A DNA stretch of 64,000 bases from an uncultured Candidatus Rokubacteria bacterium. GTDB lineage: Bacteria; Methylomirabilota; Methylomirabilia; Rokubacteriales; CSP1-6. Every line of letters starts with the position of its first letter. Position 1 is the first letter of the stretch. Location: assembly GCA_963747235.1 (NCBI GenBank), contig CAVVEU010000008.1, positions 672,001 to 736,000 on the forward strand, in the 5' to 3' direction. Made by a program: the position numbers and the translations under genes. This document shows, in pieces, positions 18,197 through 29,292 of the stretch. The notes below the pieces were generated by a model. It worked only from the letters and a program-made list of their open reading frames with translations, had not been told where the DNA came from and did not search any database.

Positions 18197-19504
18197 CTAC
18201 TGCCCCGTGGCCGGAACCGTCCGGACCTTCTGCTTGGGCTTGACCAGGTCCTTGCCCTGCAGGATCACCTGGTCCTGCTCGCTCAGCCCCTGCCGGATCT
18301 CCACCACGCGGGAGTCGGAGAGGCCCAGCTCGACGATCACCGGCTCGACCACGCCGCCCCTCACCACCATCACCGACGGGCGGGCCTCGCCCACCCGGAG
18401 CGCCTCCACCGGGACGGTGAGGGCGCCCTTGCGCGTGTCCACCAGCACCTCCGCGCGGGCGAACATCCCGGGCTTGAGCTTGCGGTCCGGGTTCGGGATG
18501 TCCACCTCGACGCCCATGGTGCGGGTGCGCGGATCGAGGCTGTGGACGACCCGCACCACCTTCCCGCCGAAGGTCTGCCCCTGGTACGGGTCCGCGGTGA
18601 TGCTGACCGGCGCGTCCACCGCCACGCGGGCGATGTCGCGCTCCGGCACCTCGATCTGCAGCTTGACGGTCGCGATGTCCTGCAGCACGAGGATGCCGAC
18701 CGAGGTCGTGCTGGTGCCCGCCGACTGCGCGCTGACCGAGGCCCCGTTGTCGAGATTGCGCTGCGAGACGTAGCCCGTGAACGGCGCCATGAGCCGCGTG
18801 TTGGCCAGGTTGGTCTCCGCGAGGTGCCGCGAGGCCCGGTAGGTCTCCACCTGGGCCTCGGAGAGGCGCACCTGGCTCTCCTGGGTCAGCGACCTGAGAC
18901 CTCGGCCACGCGGAGCTGGGCGACCGCGGCCTGGACGCTGGCCGCCGAGGACTCGGTGGTGGTGCGCGCGTTCTCGTAGTCGGTGGCCGAGACGAGGCCG
19001 CGCTCGAAGAGGGTCTTCATGCGCTGGGCCTGCCGCGCGTCGTTGTCCGCGACGGCGCGGGCCTTGGCCAGGTTCGCCTTCTGGTTCTCCAGGTTCGCGC
19101 GCTGCCCCTCGAGGGTGGAGCGCGCGACCTCGAGGCCGGCCTCGCCGGTGAGGAGCGCGGCGCGGGCCTGCTGGAGCGCGGCCTGCAGCTCGAGATCGTC
19201 CACCTCGACCAGGAGCTGCCCCGCCTTGACGAGGTCGCCGCGGTCGGCGTGGATGCGGCGGATATAGCCCGACACCTTCGAGAAGATGGCCGCCTGCTGG
19301 GCGGCCACGATGTCGGCGGTGAACGTGAGCTTGATGTCGAGGTCCCGGCGGGCCGGGCTCAGCACGCCGACCAGGACGTCCGGGCGGGCGCGGGTCACCG
19401 CGCGGGCCTGCTGATCCTTCAGGCGATAGACCACGAGGGTGCCGATCAGGACCAGCAAACCCGAGCAGGACGAGTCCGATACGGTGTCGTTTCAGGAGGC
19501 GCAT
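18197..19504 (-). CDS. RND periplasmic adaptor/MFP (frameshifts near 19455 and 18890)
   Basis: SKVSGYI..DRGD.VKAGQLL, APFTG, LDPRTRT, LKPGMFA across ORFs 18886-19458 and 18197-19831. Confidence 0.85.
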   Translation of the reverse strand: MRLLKRHRIGLVLLGFAGPDRHPRGLSPEGSAGPRGDPRPPGRPGRRAEPGPPGPRHQAHVHRRHRGRPAGGHLLEGVGLYPPHPRRPRRPRQGGAAPGRGGRSRAAGRAPAGPRRAPHRRGRPRGRALHPRGAAREPGEPEGEPGQGPRRRGQRRAAGPAHEDPLRARPRLGHRLRERAHHHRVLGGQRPGRGRPAPRGRGLRSLTQESQVRLSEAQVETYRASRHLAETNLANTRLMAPFTGYVSQRNLDNGASVSAQSAGTSTTSVGILVLQDIATVKLQIEVPERDIARVAVDAPVSITADPYQGQTFGGKVVRVVHSLDPRTRTMGVEVDIPNPDRKLKPGMFARAEVLVDTRKGALTVPVEALRVGEARPSVMVVRGGVVEPVIVELGLSDSRVVEIRQGLSEQDQVILQGKDLVKPKQKVRTVPATGQ

Positions 19505-19688
19505 GGGCCTAGACTGATCCATCCGGAATATGGACCGAACGAGGCGCCTGGAGGAGTCAATTCCGCCCAATTGTAAGGACCTTTGGACTGTAGTCAAGTT
19601 TGTGAGATAGTCGGCGAGGTACCCCACGCGCAGGTGTGTGCGCGGCCGGGAATACCATGGGTAGAGGAGAGGGGTGGGAAGAAACGCC

Positions 19689-22600
19689 ATGCCGTCCGAG
19701 ACACGACCGTCCAAGGTGGGCCGCTGGTCCGAGCCGGCCCTGCGGGTCCTGCGCGAGCGGTACCTCGCGCGCGAGCAGGGGCAGGTCCGGGAGACCCCGG
19801 AGGAGATGTGCTGGCGGGTCGCCACGGCCATCGCCTCCGCGGAGAGCCGCTTCGGCCGCAGCCCGGCCGCGGTCGGGGAGGTCGCGGCCGCCTTCTACGA
19901 CATGATGGTCGAGGGCTACTTCCTGCCCAACTCCCCCACGCTGATGAACGCGGGCAAGGAGAACGCGCTCCAGTACTCCGCCTGCTACGTGCTGCCGGTG
20001 GGCGACTCGATGGAGGAGATCTTCGAGTCGGTCAAGGCGGCGGCCATCATCCAGCAGTCGGGGGGCGGTACCGGATTCGCCTTCTCCCGCCTCCGCCCCA
20101 AGGACGATGTCGTCCACTCGACGGGCGGGCGGGCGTCCGGGCCGGTGTCCTTCCTGCGCGTGTTCAACGCGGCCACCGAGGCGGTGAAGCAGGGCGGCGC
20201 GCGCCGCGGCGCCAACATGGGCATCCTCCGGGTGGACCATCCGGACGTGCTCGAGTTCATCGAGTGCAAGCTCGACGGCGGCATCACCAACTTCAACATC
20301 TCGGTGGCGGCCACCGACGCCTTCATGGAGGCCCTCGCCGCCGACGCGGAATACGACCTGATCAACCCGCGCACCGGCCAGGTCGCCGGCCGGCTGCGCG
20401 CCCGCGAGGTCTGGGACCGCATCGTGCGCGCGGCGTGGCGCACCGGCGACCCGGGCATGATCTTCCTCGACCGCATCAATCGCAGCCCCGCGAATCCGAC
20501 GCCGGACCTCGGATTGATCGAGGCGACGAACCCCTGCATCAGCGGGGATGCCCTCCTCGCGACCGATCGCGGCCTGCTCCGGATGGAGACGATCGCGGAG
20601 CGCTACCGGGAGGGCGGCCTGGCCGTCAAGGTGGACCAGCGCCTGCTCCCGTCGCGCCTCATGGTGTGGGAAGGCACGAACAACGTGCCGCTCGTCGCCT
20701 ACGGACAGGGGTGCCTGCCGATCAGCCGGGCGTTCCAGTCGGGCAAGCGCGAGACCGTGACGGTGCGGACGGTCGCGGGCTTCGAGCTGACCTGCACGCC
20801 GGATCATCGCCTGATGACGGATCGGGGCTGGGTGGAGGCGGCGGCGCTGCAGATCGGCGTGGACCGTGTCTGGATCCAGAGCGACCCGGGCGCCTTCGCG
20901 GACGACGCGACCCTGCCGGTGTCGGTGCCGTCCGAGTTCGTCGGGAAGAACGGGCGGCGGTACCACCACGCGCTGCCGCAGCGCTGGAGCGCCGAGCTCG
21001 GCCGGGTCCTCGGCTGGCTCGTGGGCGACGGCTGGCTGCGCACCGCCGCCTACTCCGCGCGTCGGCTTCGTGTTCGGCCCCGACGACGACGCCGCGCTCG
21101 AGCGCATCGCGGGCATCGTGACCCCGTGGTTCGGGCGGCCGGTGAAGGTCTGGACCCGCGCGCGGGGCGTGCGGCACCTCATGTATCCCGGCAAATTCTT
21201 CTCGGGGTTCTTCGAGTCGCTCGGCGTTCGTCCGGTGGGCGCGCGCGACAAGACGGTGCCCGAGACCTTGTTCCGGGCGCCGCGTCCGGCGGTCGTCGGC
21301 TTCCTCCAGGGGCTTGTTCTCCGCCGACGGGACGGTGCGAGAATCCCAAGACGAACGCCGGATCGCGCTCACTTCGAAGAGCCGAGATCTGCTCCGGGGC
21401 GTGCAGCTCCTGCTCCTGAATCTCGGGATCAAGAGCAGCGTGATGGACCGGTCGCGGCCGCCCCGCGAAGGACTCTTCCCGCTACCGGACCAAGGCCGGC
21501 GAGCTGCGCTCCTACGGCTCCGACGGCGTGTTGTTCGAGCTCGGGATCTTCGGGAAGTCGCGCGGGCTCTTTCTCCGCGAGATCGGCTTCCTCGACGACA
21601 AGCAGCGTCGGCTCGAGCCCGTGCGCTACGCGGGCTCGTACGCGCAGAAGTGGAGCGATCCGGTGGCCGCGGTCGTGCCCGCCGGGCCGCGCGCGGTCTA
21701 CGACCTGACCGAGCCGCAGAGCCACTCGATGATCGCCAACGGCTTCGTCGTCCACCAATGCGGCGAGCAGCCGCTCTTGCCGAACGACGCGTGCAATCTC
21801 GGCTCGGTGAACGTGGCGAAGTTCGCGGTCGAGCGGGCGGGGCAGTGGGAGCTCGACTGGGGCGAGCTCGAGCGGGTGGTGCGCCTCGCGGTGCGCTTCC
21901 TCGACGACGTGATCGAGGTGAATCCGTATCCGCTCGAGCAGGTGGACGAGATGGTGAAGGCCAACCGCCGCGTGGGCCTGGGCGTCATGGGCTGGGCGGA
22001 CCTGCTCTTCACGCTCGGCATCCCCTACGACAGCGAGGAAGCGCTCGATCTGGCCGAGCGCCTGATGGCCTTCGTGAAGGACCGGGGCCACGACCAGTCG
22101 GCCCGCCTGGCCGAGGAGCGCGGCCCCTTCCCGCACTGGGGGCGCTCCATCTACCGCCACCGCCGGCCGCTGCGCAATGCCACCGTGACCACCATCGCGC
22201 CCACCGGGACCATCTCGATGATCGCGGGCTGCTCCTCCGGCATCGAGCCCGTGTTCGCGCTGGCCTTCGAGCACCGCGTGAAGGGGCCGGACGGCGAGCG
22301 CGTGCTGCCCTTCTTCAGCGAGACCTTCGAGCGGCTGGCCCGGCGTCAGGGTTTCCATACCGAGGCCCTGATGACGGAGGTGGCCCGCCGCGGCTCGCTG
22401 GCGGGCGTCGAGGGCGTGCCCGCCGCCGCGCGTGAGGTCTTCAAGACCGCGCACGAGATCGACGCGGTCTGGCACGTGCGGCACCAGGCCGCCTTCCAGA
22501 AGCACACCGACAACGGGGTGTCGAAGACGATCAACCTGCCCGAGAGCGCGACCGAAGCCGACGTGGCGGCCGCCTACCGGCAGGCGTGGGACCTGGGCTG

Positions 22601-23195
22601 CCTCGGCATCACCGTCTTCCGCGACGGCTCCAAGGGCACCCAGGTCCTCAACATGGGCGTGCGCGCCGAGGGCGCCGCGGTGGAGCCGGGGCAGCGCGGC
22701 GTGAAGCCGCGCCCGCACAGCCTCACCGGGGCGACGTACCGGATGGAGACGCCGATCGGGACCGCCTTCATCACCGTCAACGACAATGGCGGCGGCGAGC
22801 CCTTCGAGGTCTTCGTGCAGGTGGGCAAGGCGGGCTCGGACACGATGGCGGTGGCGGAGGCCCTCGGCCGGCTCGTCTCGCTCGTGCTCCGGCTGCCCTC
22901 GCCGCTGTCGCCGCGGCAGCGGCTCGAGGCGGCGATCAGCCAGCTCTCGTTCATCGGCGGCGGCCAGCCGACCGGCTTCGGCGCGGCCAAGGTGCTCTCG
23001 CTCCCCGACGCGCTCGCGCGCACGCTCGCCGAGCACATCGGGACGCCGCGCGCGACGCCGGCCACCGCGACCGCTCCCGCGCCGGGCGGCGGGCTGCGCC
23101 GGGTGGGGGATCTCTGCCGCGAGTGCGGCCAGGCCACGCTGGTGTACGAGGAAGGGTGCAAGAAGTGTCTCTCCTGCGGGTTCAACGAGTGCTAG
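19689..23195 (+). CDS. nrdJ: Class II adenosylcobalamin-dependent ribonucleotide reductase, intein-containing
   Basis: [30 protein letters not shown]|CGEQPL, CNLGS, TIAPTGT, VSKTIN; C-terminal TSCPD-like domain and CxxC...CxxC tail; no ATP cone; no nrdB nearby. Confidence 0.92.
20535..21758 (+). mobile_element. Intein with LAGLIDADG homing endonuclease, C-terminal Gln
   Basis: Begins CISGDALL after ATNP; block B TPDHRL; LGWLVGDG and FLQGLFSADG motifs; VYDLT...ANGFVVHQ then CGEQ; about 407 aa after removing three +1 shifts. Confidence 0.93.
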
Positions 23196-23204
23196 GGGGC
23201 GGTC

Positions 23205-23523
23205 ATGTTCTCGGGCGGTGACTACGACGAGGTCGCTCGCTGGCTGCGCAACTTCGTGCTCGCGCACGCCAAGCGGGAGAACCTGCGCGTCGAGGCGGTG
23301 GTGGAGACCGAGGGCCCGCGCGAGGGGCAGAGCTACGGCGTCCGCCTGCGGCTCGGCGACGGCCTGCGGCCCGCGCCGCCCGCGCCCGCGGTGGAGCTCG
23401 GCTTCCCCGAGGTCGCGCAGAACCGCGGGAGCCTCGCGTGGTGCAGCGGCGCTCGCGGATCGGGTGCGCGCGCTCGCGCGCGAGTTCCCCGCGGCCGGGC
23501 CGGCCCCGCTCCGTTCCGCCTGA
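23205..23523 (+). CDS. Hypothetical protein (frameshift near 23448)
   Basis: GGGGG RBS-like sequence after the nrdJ stop; plausible coding frame that continues in the +1 frame to TGA 23523. Confidence 0.6.
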
Positions 23524-23527
23524 TCCG

Positions 23528-25067
23528 GTGAGGACGGCGCCGGCCGTCCGCTGGTGGGCCCCCGGTGACTGGAACGCGTTCTTCGGGCTCGCGCTCGACA
23601 ACCTCGGCCTCTTCGTCATCTTCTCGGGTCTCCTGATCGGGGTCTTCGGCTTTCCCTCCGACCTCGTGCTCCACGTCATGGTCCCGGGGACCGCGGTGGG
23701 CGTGCTCCTGGGCAACCTCGATCTACACCGGCCTCGCGGTGCGGCTGATGCGACGCACCGGCCGGAGCGACGTGACCGCGATGCCCTTCGGCCTCGACAC
23801 GCCCTCGCTCTTCGGGATCGTCTTCGGCGTCCTCGGCCCCGCGATGCTCCTCACGCGCGATCCGGTGATGGCCTGGAAGATCGGCATGGGCGTCACGGTG
23901 GCGATGGGCGTGATCAAGCTCGGCTGCGCGTTCGCGGGCGACTGGGCGCGCCGCGTGGTGCCGCGGGCCGCGCTGCTCGGCTCCATCGCGGGCGTCGCGG
24001 TCCTGCTCATCGCCTTCCTGCCCTCGCTGCGCATCTTCGGCGATCCGCTGGTCGGCGTGGTGTCGCTGGTCGTCCTGCTCGCCGCGCTGATGGGCGGGGT
24101 GCGGATGCCGTGGGGGCTGCCGGGCGCGCTGGCCGCGGTGCTGGCGGGGACGCTCATCTTCTGGGGCCGCTGGGCGCTCGAGGCCGCCACCGGGACGCCG
24201 GGGCCGCATCCGGCGATCACGCTCGGCGCCCTCGGCCTGGCCCTGCCGCTGCCGACGCTGGCCTGGCTCGACGCCCTCGACGCCACGCTGCCGTACCTGC
24301 CGCTCGCGGTGCCCTTCGCGCTGGCCACCGTGGTGGGCGGCATCGACAACACCGAGTCGGCCATCGTGGCGGGCGACGAGTACCGCACGCGCGACATCCT
24401 GCTGACCGAGGCGATCGCGACGATCGCGGCCGGCTGCTGCGGCGGCGTGATCCAGAACACGCCGTACATCGGCCACCCCGCGTACAAGGCGATGGGCGCG
24501 CGGGCCGGCTACACGCTGGCCACCGGCCTGCTGATCGGCGTCGGCGCCGCGGTGGGCGTCGTCGCGGTGCTCGTGCGGCTCCTGCCGGAGGCGGCCGTCG
24601 CGCCGATCCTGGTCTTCGTGGGCCTCCAGATCACCGCGCAGGCGTTCCTCGCCTCACCGCCGCGGCACGCCCCCGCCGTCGCGGTGTCCTTCCTGCCCGC
24701 GGTGGCCGCGCTGGTCGTGATCGAGGGCGGCCTCCTGCTCGGCGGGGCGGGCAAGAGTCCGGCGGATCTGACGGGCGAGGGCCGGCTCCTGTGGGGCGCG
24801 CTCCTGGTCCTGGGGAACGGCTTCATCCTGACCGCGCTGGTGTGGGGCTCGGCGCTGGTCGCGATCATCGACCGCCGCCTGCGGGTCGCGGCGGCGGTGC
24901 TGGCGATCGCGGCGGTGGCGACGCTCTTCGGGTTGATTCACTCGCCGCTGCCCGGCGGGGCCGTGTTCTGGCCGTGGGCGGTGGCGAGCGGGACGCCGCA
25001 CGCGCTGGCCGGCGCCTACGGGGTCGCCGCGTCGATCCTGCTGCTGCTGGGTCGCGGGGACGCCTAG
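23528..25067 (+). CDS. NCS2/AzgA-like permease (frameshift near 23720)
   Basis: GDWNAFFGLALDNL, TAMPFGLDTP, GGIDNTESA..AGD, PYIGHPAYKAMG; multiple TM segments. Confidence 0.8.
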
Positions 25068-26391
25068 CTCCCGATCGCGTCCAGCATCTCGCGGTCGCTG
25101 CGGAACTTGAACTCCTCCACCTTGTCCGTCGCCGCGCGCGCCTTCTCCGCCGCCTCGAGCCGCAGCACCGCGGCGTAGTCCACGACGACGGCGCCCCGCT
25201 CGGCGAGCGTGCGGCGCAGCGACTCGACCGCCTGCTCGGCCTCCGCGCGCGGCCGCTTCGGCCGGGCCGTGAGATAGCCGGCCACGTGCTTGATCCCGGT
25301 CTCCGCGTCGAGCCGCGCGCGGCCCACCACGCCGTCGCTGGCGCGCCGGGCCCAGCCGACCACGAACACGCCCGGCTGCGCCGCCCCGGCGCCGGGATCG
25401 AGCACCTGGTAGGCCGCGGCAGGATCCTCGCCGGGCACCGTGAGATAGAGCCCGTCCTTGTAGGGCAGGCCCGCGTCCTCGTCCACGCGGTCGCCGACCG
25501 CGAACACCACGGTGTCGGCCGGGATCACCGACGTGAGGCCGGTGCCGGCCGCGACGATGCGGTCGCCCTTGCGCTCGAGCCGGTTCTCCTCCACCTCGAG
25601 TCCGACCACGCGGCCTTCCTCGCGCGACCACGCGCCGGGGCGAGGCCAGGAAGCGGAAGCGCAGACGGGCGTGGGCCGCGCGGCGACGGCTCGGGCTTGG
25701 CCGCGAGCGCGGTCAGCAGGTCGTCGGGATTCTGGCCCGCCGCCACGAGCCGCGGCCGGACGCGCTCGATCTCCTCGCGATAGAGGGCGTGGTCGAAGGC
25801 ATCCTCGACGTCCTCGAACTCGCGGTCGTCGTACGCCTTCTCGAACGGGCCGCGCCGCGCGATCGCGATGATCTCGTCGCAGTCCGTGAAGTGGGCGCAG
25901 TAGTTCGCGATGTCCACCATCACGTTGCCGACGCCCACGATGGCCACGCGGCGGCCCATGGGGAAGGGCCGCTCGCTGAAGGGCGGCAGGCGGTTGTAGT
26001 GATAGACGAGGTCCTTGGCGTGGTAGACGCCCGGCAGCCGCTCGCCGTCGACGCCCAGATACTTGGTGCCCTGCGCGCCGATCGCGTAGACGAGCGCGTC
26101 GAAGCCGAGGCTCGCCAGGCCGGGAACCGTGAGATCACCCTTGTTCGAGATCGTCACGTGTCCAAGGTAGGTTATGAGCGGGTCGGTGAGGATCTTGTGG
26201 AACTGACGGCGCAGGCCGCCCTTCATCTTGTACTTGTTGAGGAAGATGCCGTACTCGGCCAGCCCGCCCGGCTTGATGTCCCGGTTGAGCAGGACCACGC
26301 GGGCGCCGGTCGCGGCGAGGGCGCGGGCGGCGAAGAGACCGGCGGGCCCCGCGCCGATCACCGCGACGAGATGGACGGGTTCGTCGGCCAT
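25064..26391 (-). CDS. Ferredoxin-NADP reductase/adrenodoxin reductase-like flavoprotein (frameshift(s) near 25620-25660)
   Basis: GAGPAG, GGLAEYG, GVGNVMVD, ARRGP, VVGWARR. Confidence 0.85.
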
Positions 26392-26538
26392 GACCGCCGA
26401 GACGATAGCACAACCGGAGAAGCACTTGACCGCTCCCACTTGACCCCCTACGGACGGGTGGTGTTAAATGACAGTGCGTTTCGTCAATGATGACGGGGCG
26501 ATTCGCTTCACGTTCCCGCTACCAGAGGAGGCTCCTCG

Positions 26539-26967
26539 ATGAAGTCGCTGTCGCTCGCTACCCGTGCCGGTGGACTCGCCCTGGCCGTGGCCCTGCTGGT
26601 CCTCGCCTCGGGCCGTGGCCCCGCGGATGTGGCCGCCCAGACCGGGCCGTGGGTCGCCCCCGCGTCGGAGAAGGGGAAGAAGAACCCGCTGCCCGCCGAC
26701 AAGAAGACGATCGAGCAGGGCGAGAAGGTCGCCAAGATCAACTGCGTGTCGTGCCACGGGCCCCTGGGCAAGGGCAACGGACCCGCCGCGGTCGCGCTCA
26801 ATCCCAAGCCGGCGGACTGGACGTCGAAGCGGGTGCAGGACGAGCCGGACGGGGAGATCTTCTGGAAGGTCACCAACGGGCGCGGGGCCATGCCCTCGTG
26901 GCGGCACCTGCCCGAGAACGACCGCTGGGCCGTCGTCCGATTCATCCGCACGCTCGCCGGGAAGTGA
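26539..26967 (+). CDS. Monoheme c-type cytochrome
   Basis: Signal peptide, KNPLP, CVSCHG, GAMPSW axial Met; GAGGAGG RBS. Confidence 0.92.
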   Translation: MKSLSLATRAGGLALAVALLVLASGRGPADVAAQTGPWVAPASEKGKKNPLPADKKTIEQGEKVAKINCVSCHGPLGKGNGPAAVALNPKPADWTSKRVQDEPDGEIFWKVTNGRGAMPSWRHLPENDRWAVVRFIRTLAGK

Positions 26968-26996
26968 CGGCCCCACCCAGCTCGAGGCGCCGCTAG

Positions 26997-29292
26997 ATGA
27001 CCGGCGACTCCGTCCGCGCCGCGCTCTCGCAGCTGGGCGATGTCCTCGAGCATCTCCGGGAGCGCCTGGGCGACGGACCGAGTCCGGAGCTCCATCCCGA
27101 CCGGGACGCGCACGCCCTCGACATCTTCCAGGAGGTCCTCTCGGTCCCGCCGCTCGGGCTGCCGCCCGGCGAGCTGTTCGGCCTGGCGATGGATCGTGTC
27201 TCCCGGCTGCTGGCCGCGGATCGCGCGCTGCTGTTCGTCCTGGACGACGTGACCGGGCGTCTCGTGCCCCGCTCGGCTCGCGGCTTCCGGCGCGACGACC
27301 TCGAGACCGTCGTGCTCGATCCGGGCGAGGGGCTGGTCGGGCGCGTCTTCGCCGAGAAGCGTGTGCTGACCTACGATGCGGCCGCCGAGCCGTCCGGTCG
27401 CGATCCCTTCGTCGAGCGGTTCCCGATGCGGCAGGGCATCGCGGTGCCGGTGCGGACCGAGGGCGAGGTCGCCGGCGTGCTCTTCGCGGGTCGCCAGGAT
27501 CTGGGCGCGCCCTTCACCACGACCGACGTGCTCCTGCTCCTCGTGATCGCCGATCGCGTCGGCTCCTCGCTCGTCCACCAGCGGCTGCTCGAGCGCCGCG
27601 GCGATCACCTGGCGCACCTGCGGGAGCTGCGCGGGCTCGTGGACGCGAACCTCCCCGCGCGGGAGCCGCGCGAGATCCTGGCCCGCGCCTGCGACGCGGC
27701 CTGCCGGCTGGCGGGCGTGCGAGGCGCCCTCGCGCTGGCCGGCGCGGCACCGGGGCGCATCGGCGTGCTCGCGGGCGCGGGCCTGCTCGCCAGCGTCGGG
27801 CCCGAGCGTTTCCGCGCGGACGACGACCTGCTCGTGGAGGGCTTCGCGGCCGACGGTCCGGTGGCGATCCGCGACCTCCAGGCCCGGCGCCCCGGTCGTC
27901 CCCGTGTTAGAGCCAACCATCTTCGAGCCCAGCGTGTTCGAGGAAGAGGGCATTCGCGCGGCCCTGCTGGTGCCGATGCGCGCGCGCGGGCGCGTGGTCG
28001 GGCTCCTCTGCCTGGCGGACCCGGAGCCGCGGGACTTCTCGCCGGAGGAAACGGAGTCCGCGCTGATGCTGGCCGCCCTCACCGCGGGCGCGCTCGAGAC
28101 GGAGCGGCAGATCGCCGAGAGCCGCCACGCGGTCGCCGCCCACGAAGCGGAGCAGGCCGGCGTGGCGCGGGCCGAGCGGACGCGCGTGCTGGCCGCCCTC
28201 GGGGCCGGGCTCACGCGCGAGCTCCACCCGGTCTTCGCGACGCTGCTGGGCCGCGCGCAGCTCCTGCTCGCCCGCGCCCCGAACGATCCCCTGCGCGAAG
28301 GCCTGGTCGCGCTCGAGGAAGCCGCGTGGCGCGGCACCGATCTGCTCCAGCGGCTGCTCGGGCTGGCGGAGGCCGATCAGCGCGGTGGGGTCGCGGAGCT
28401 GCCGGCCATCGCGCAGGAGGCGGTGAGCTTCGCCCGCGCGCGCTTGCGGGCCGAGCCCGAGTCGCGCGGCGCGATCGAGATGACCGCGGACCTGGGCGCG
28501 ACGCCGCCGGTCGAGGCGGGCGCGGTCGCGCTGCGGGAGGCGGTGGTCGGCCTCGTGCTGAACGCGGTGGAGGCGATGCCCGCGGGCGGGACCCTGACCG
28601 TGCGCACCCGCGCCCACGAGGGTGGCGCCGAGCTGGTCCTGGTGGACACGGGCGAGGGCATCCCGCCCGAGATCCGCCCGCGCATCTTCGATCCCTTCTT
28701 CACCACGCGGCCCGGCCATCTCGGACTCGGGCTCTCCGTGGCCGAGGCGGTGGTGCTCCGCGCGGGCGGGCGCCTCGAGGTGGACCGCGCCGGCGCCGGC
28801 GGCGGCACGCGGGTCACGGTGTGGCTGCCCGCGGCGGGAGTGCGGCCGGCCGCGCCCCCGCCGGAGGCCGCCGAGCCGGCGCGCTCCGCCGCGACCGAAG
28901 CCCGTCCGCACGCTTCGCTCACCGGCTCCGTCCTCGTGGTCGAGGAGGAAGAGGGGATCCGCACCGAGGTGCTCGATACCCTCATGGCGGTGGGGCATCG
29001 CGTGGAGGCGGTGCCGGACGCGGACGCCGCGCTGGCGCGGCTCGGCCAGGGCGGCATCGACGTGGTCCTCACCGATCTGGCCCTGCGCGATCGGTCGGGG
29101 CTCCATCTCGCGTCCGCGGTCAAGAAGCGGAGTCCCGGGACGGCGGTGGTGCTGCTCACCGGGTGGGGCCGCCGGCTGCACGAGGAGCGGCTCCGCGAAT
29201 GCGGCGTGGACGTGATGCTGGTGAAGCCCGTGCAGCCCGATCGGGTCCGCGAAGCGGTCGCGGACGCGCTCACCCTCCGCCGCCCGGCGTGA
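26997..29292 (+). CDS. GAF-GAF-HisKA-like-HATPase-receiver hybrid sensor (frameshift near 27905)
   Basis: Two GAF regions, LNAVEAM, DTGEGI, IFDPFFTT, GLGL, receiver with TD/LTG/KP; H-box reads LTRELH. Confidence 0.8.

Noticed and set aside
13545-18979. Very long alternative-frame and antisense ORFs (e.g. 15296-18979 +, 13578-18188 - upstream of 15026, 36491-39349 -)
   Set aside because: Shadow ORFs expected at very high GC; Arg/Gly/Pro-rich, motif-free and overlapping well-supported genes.
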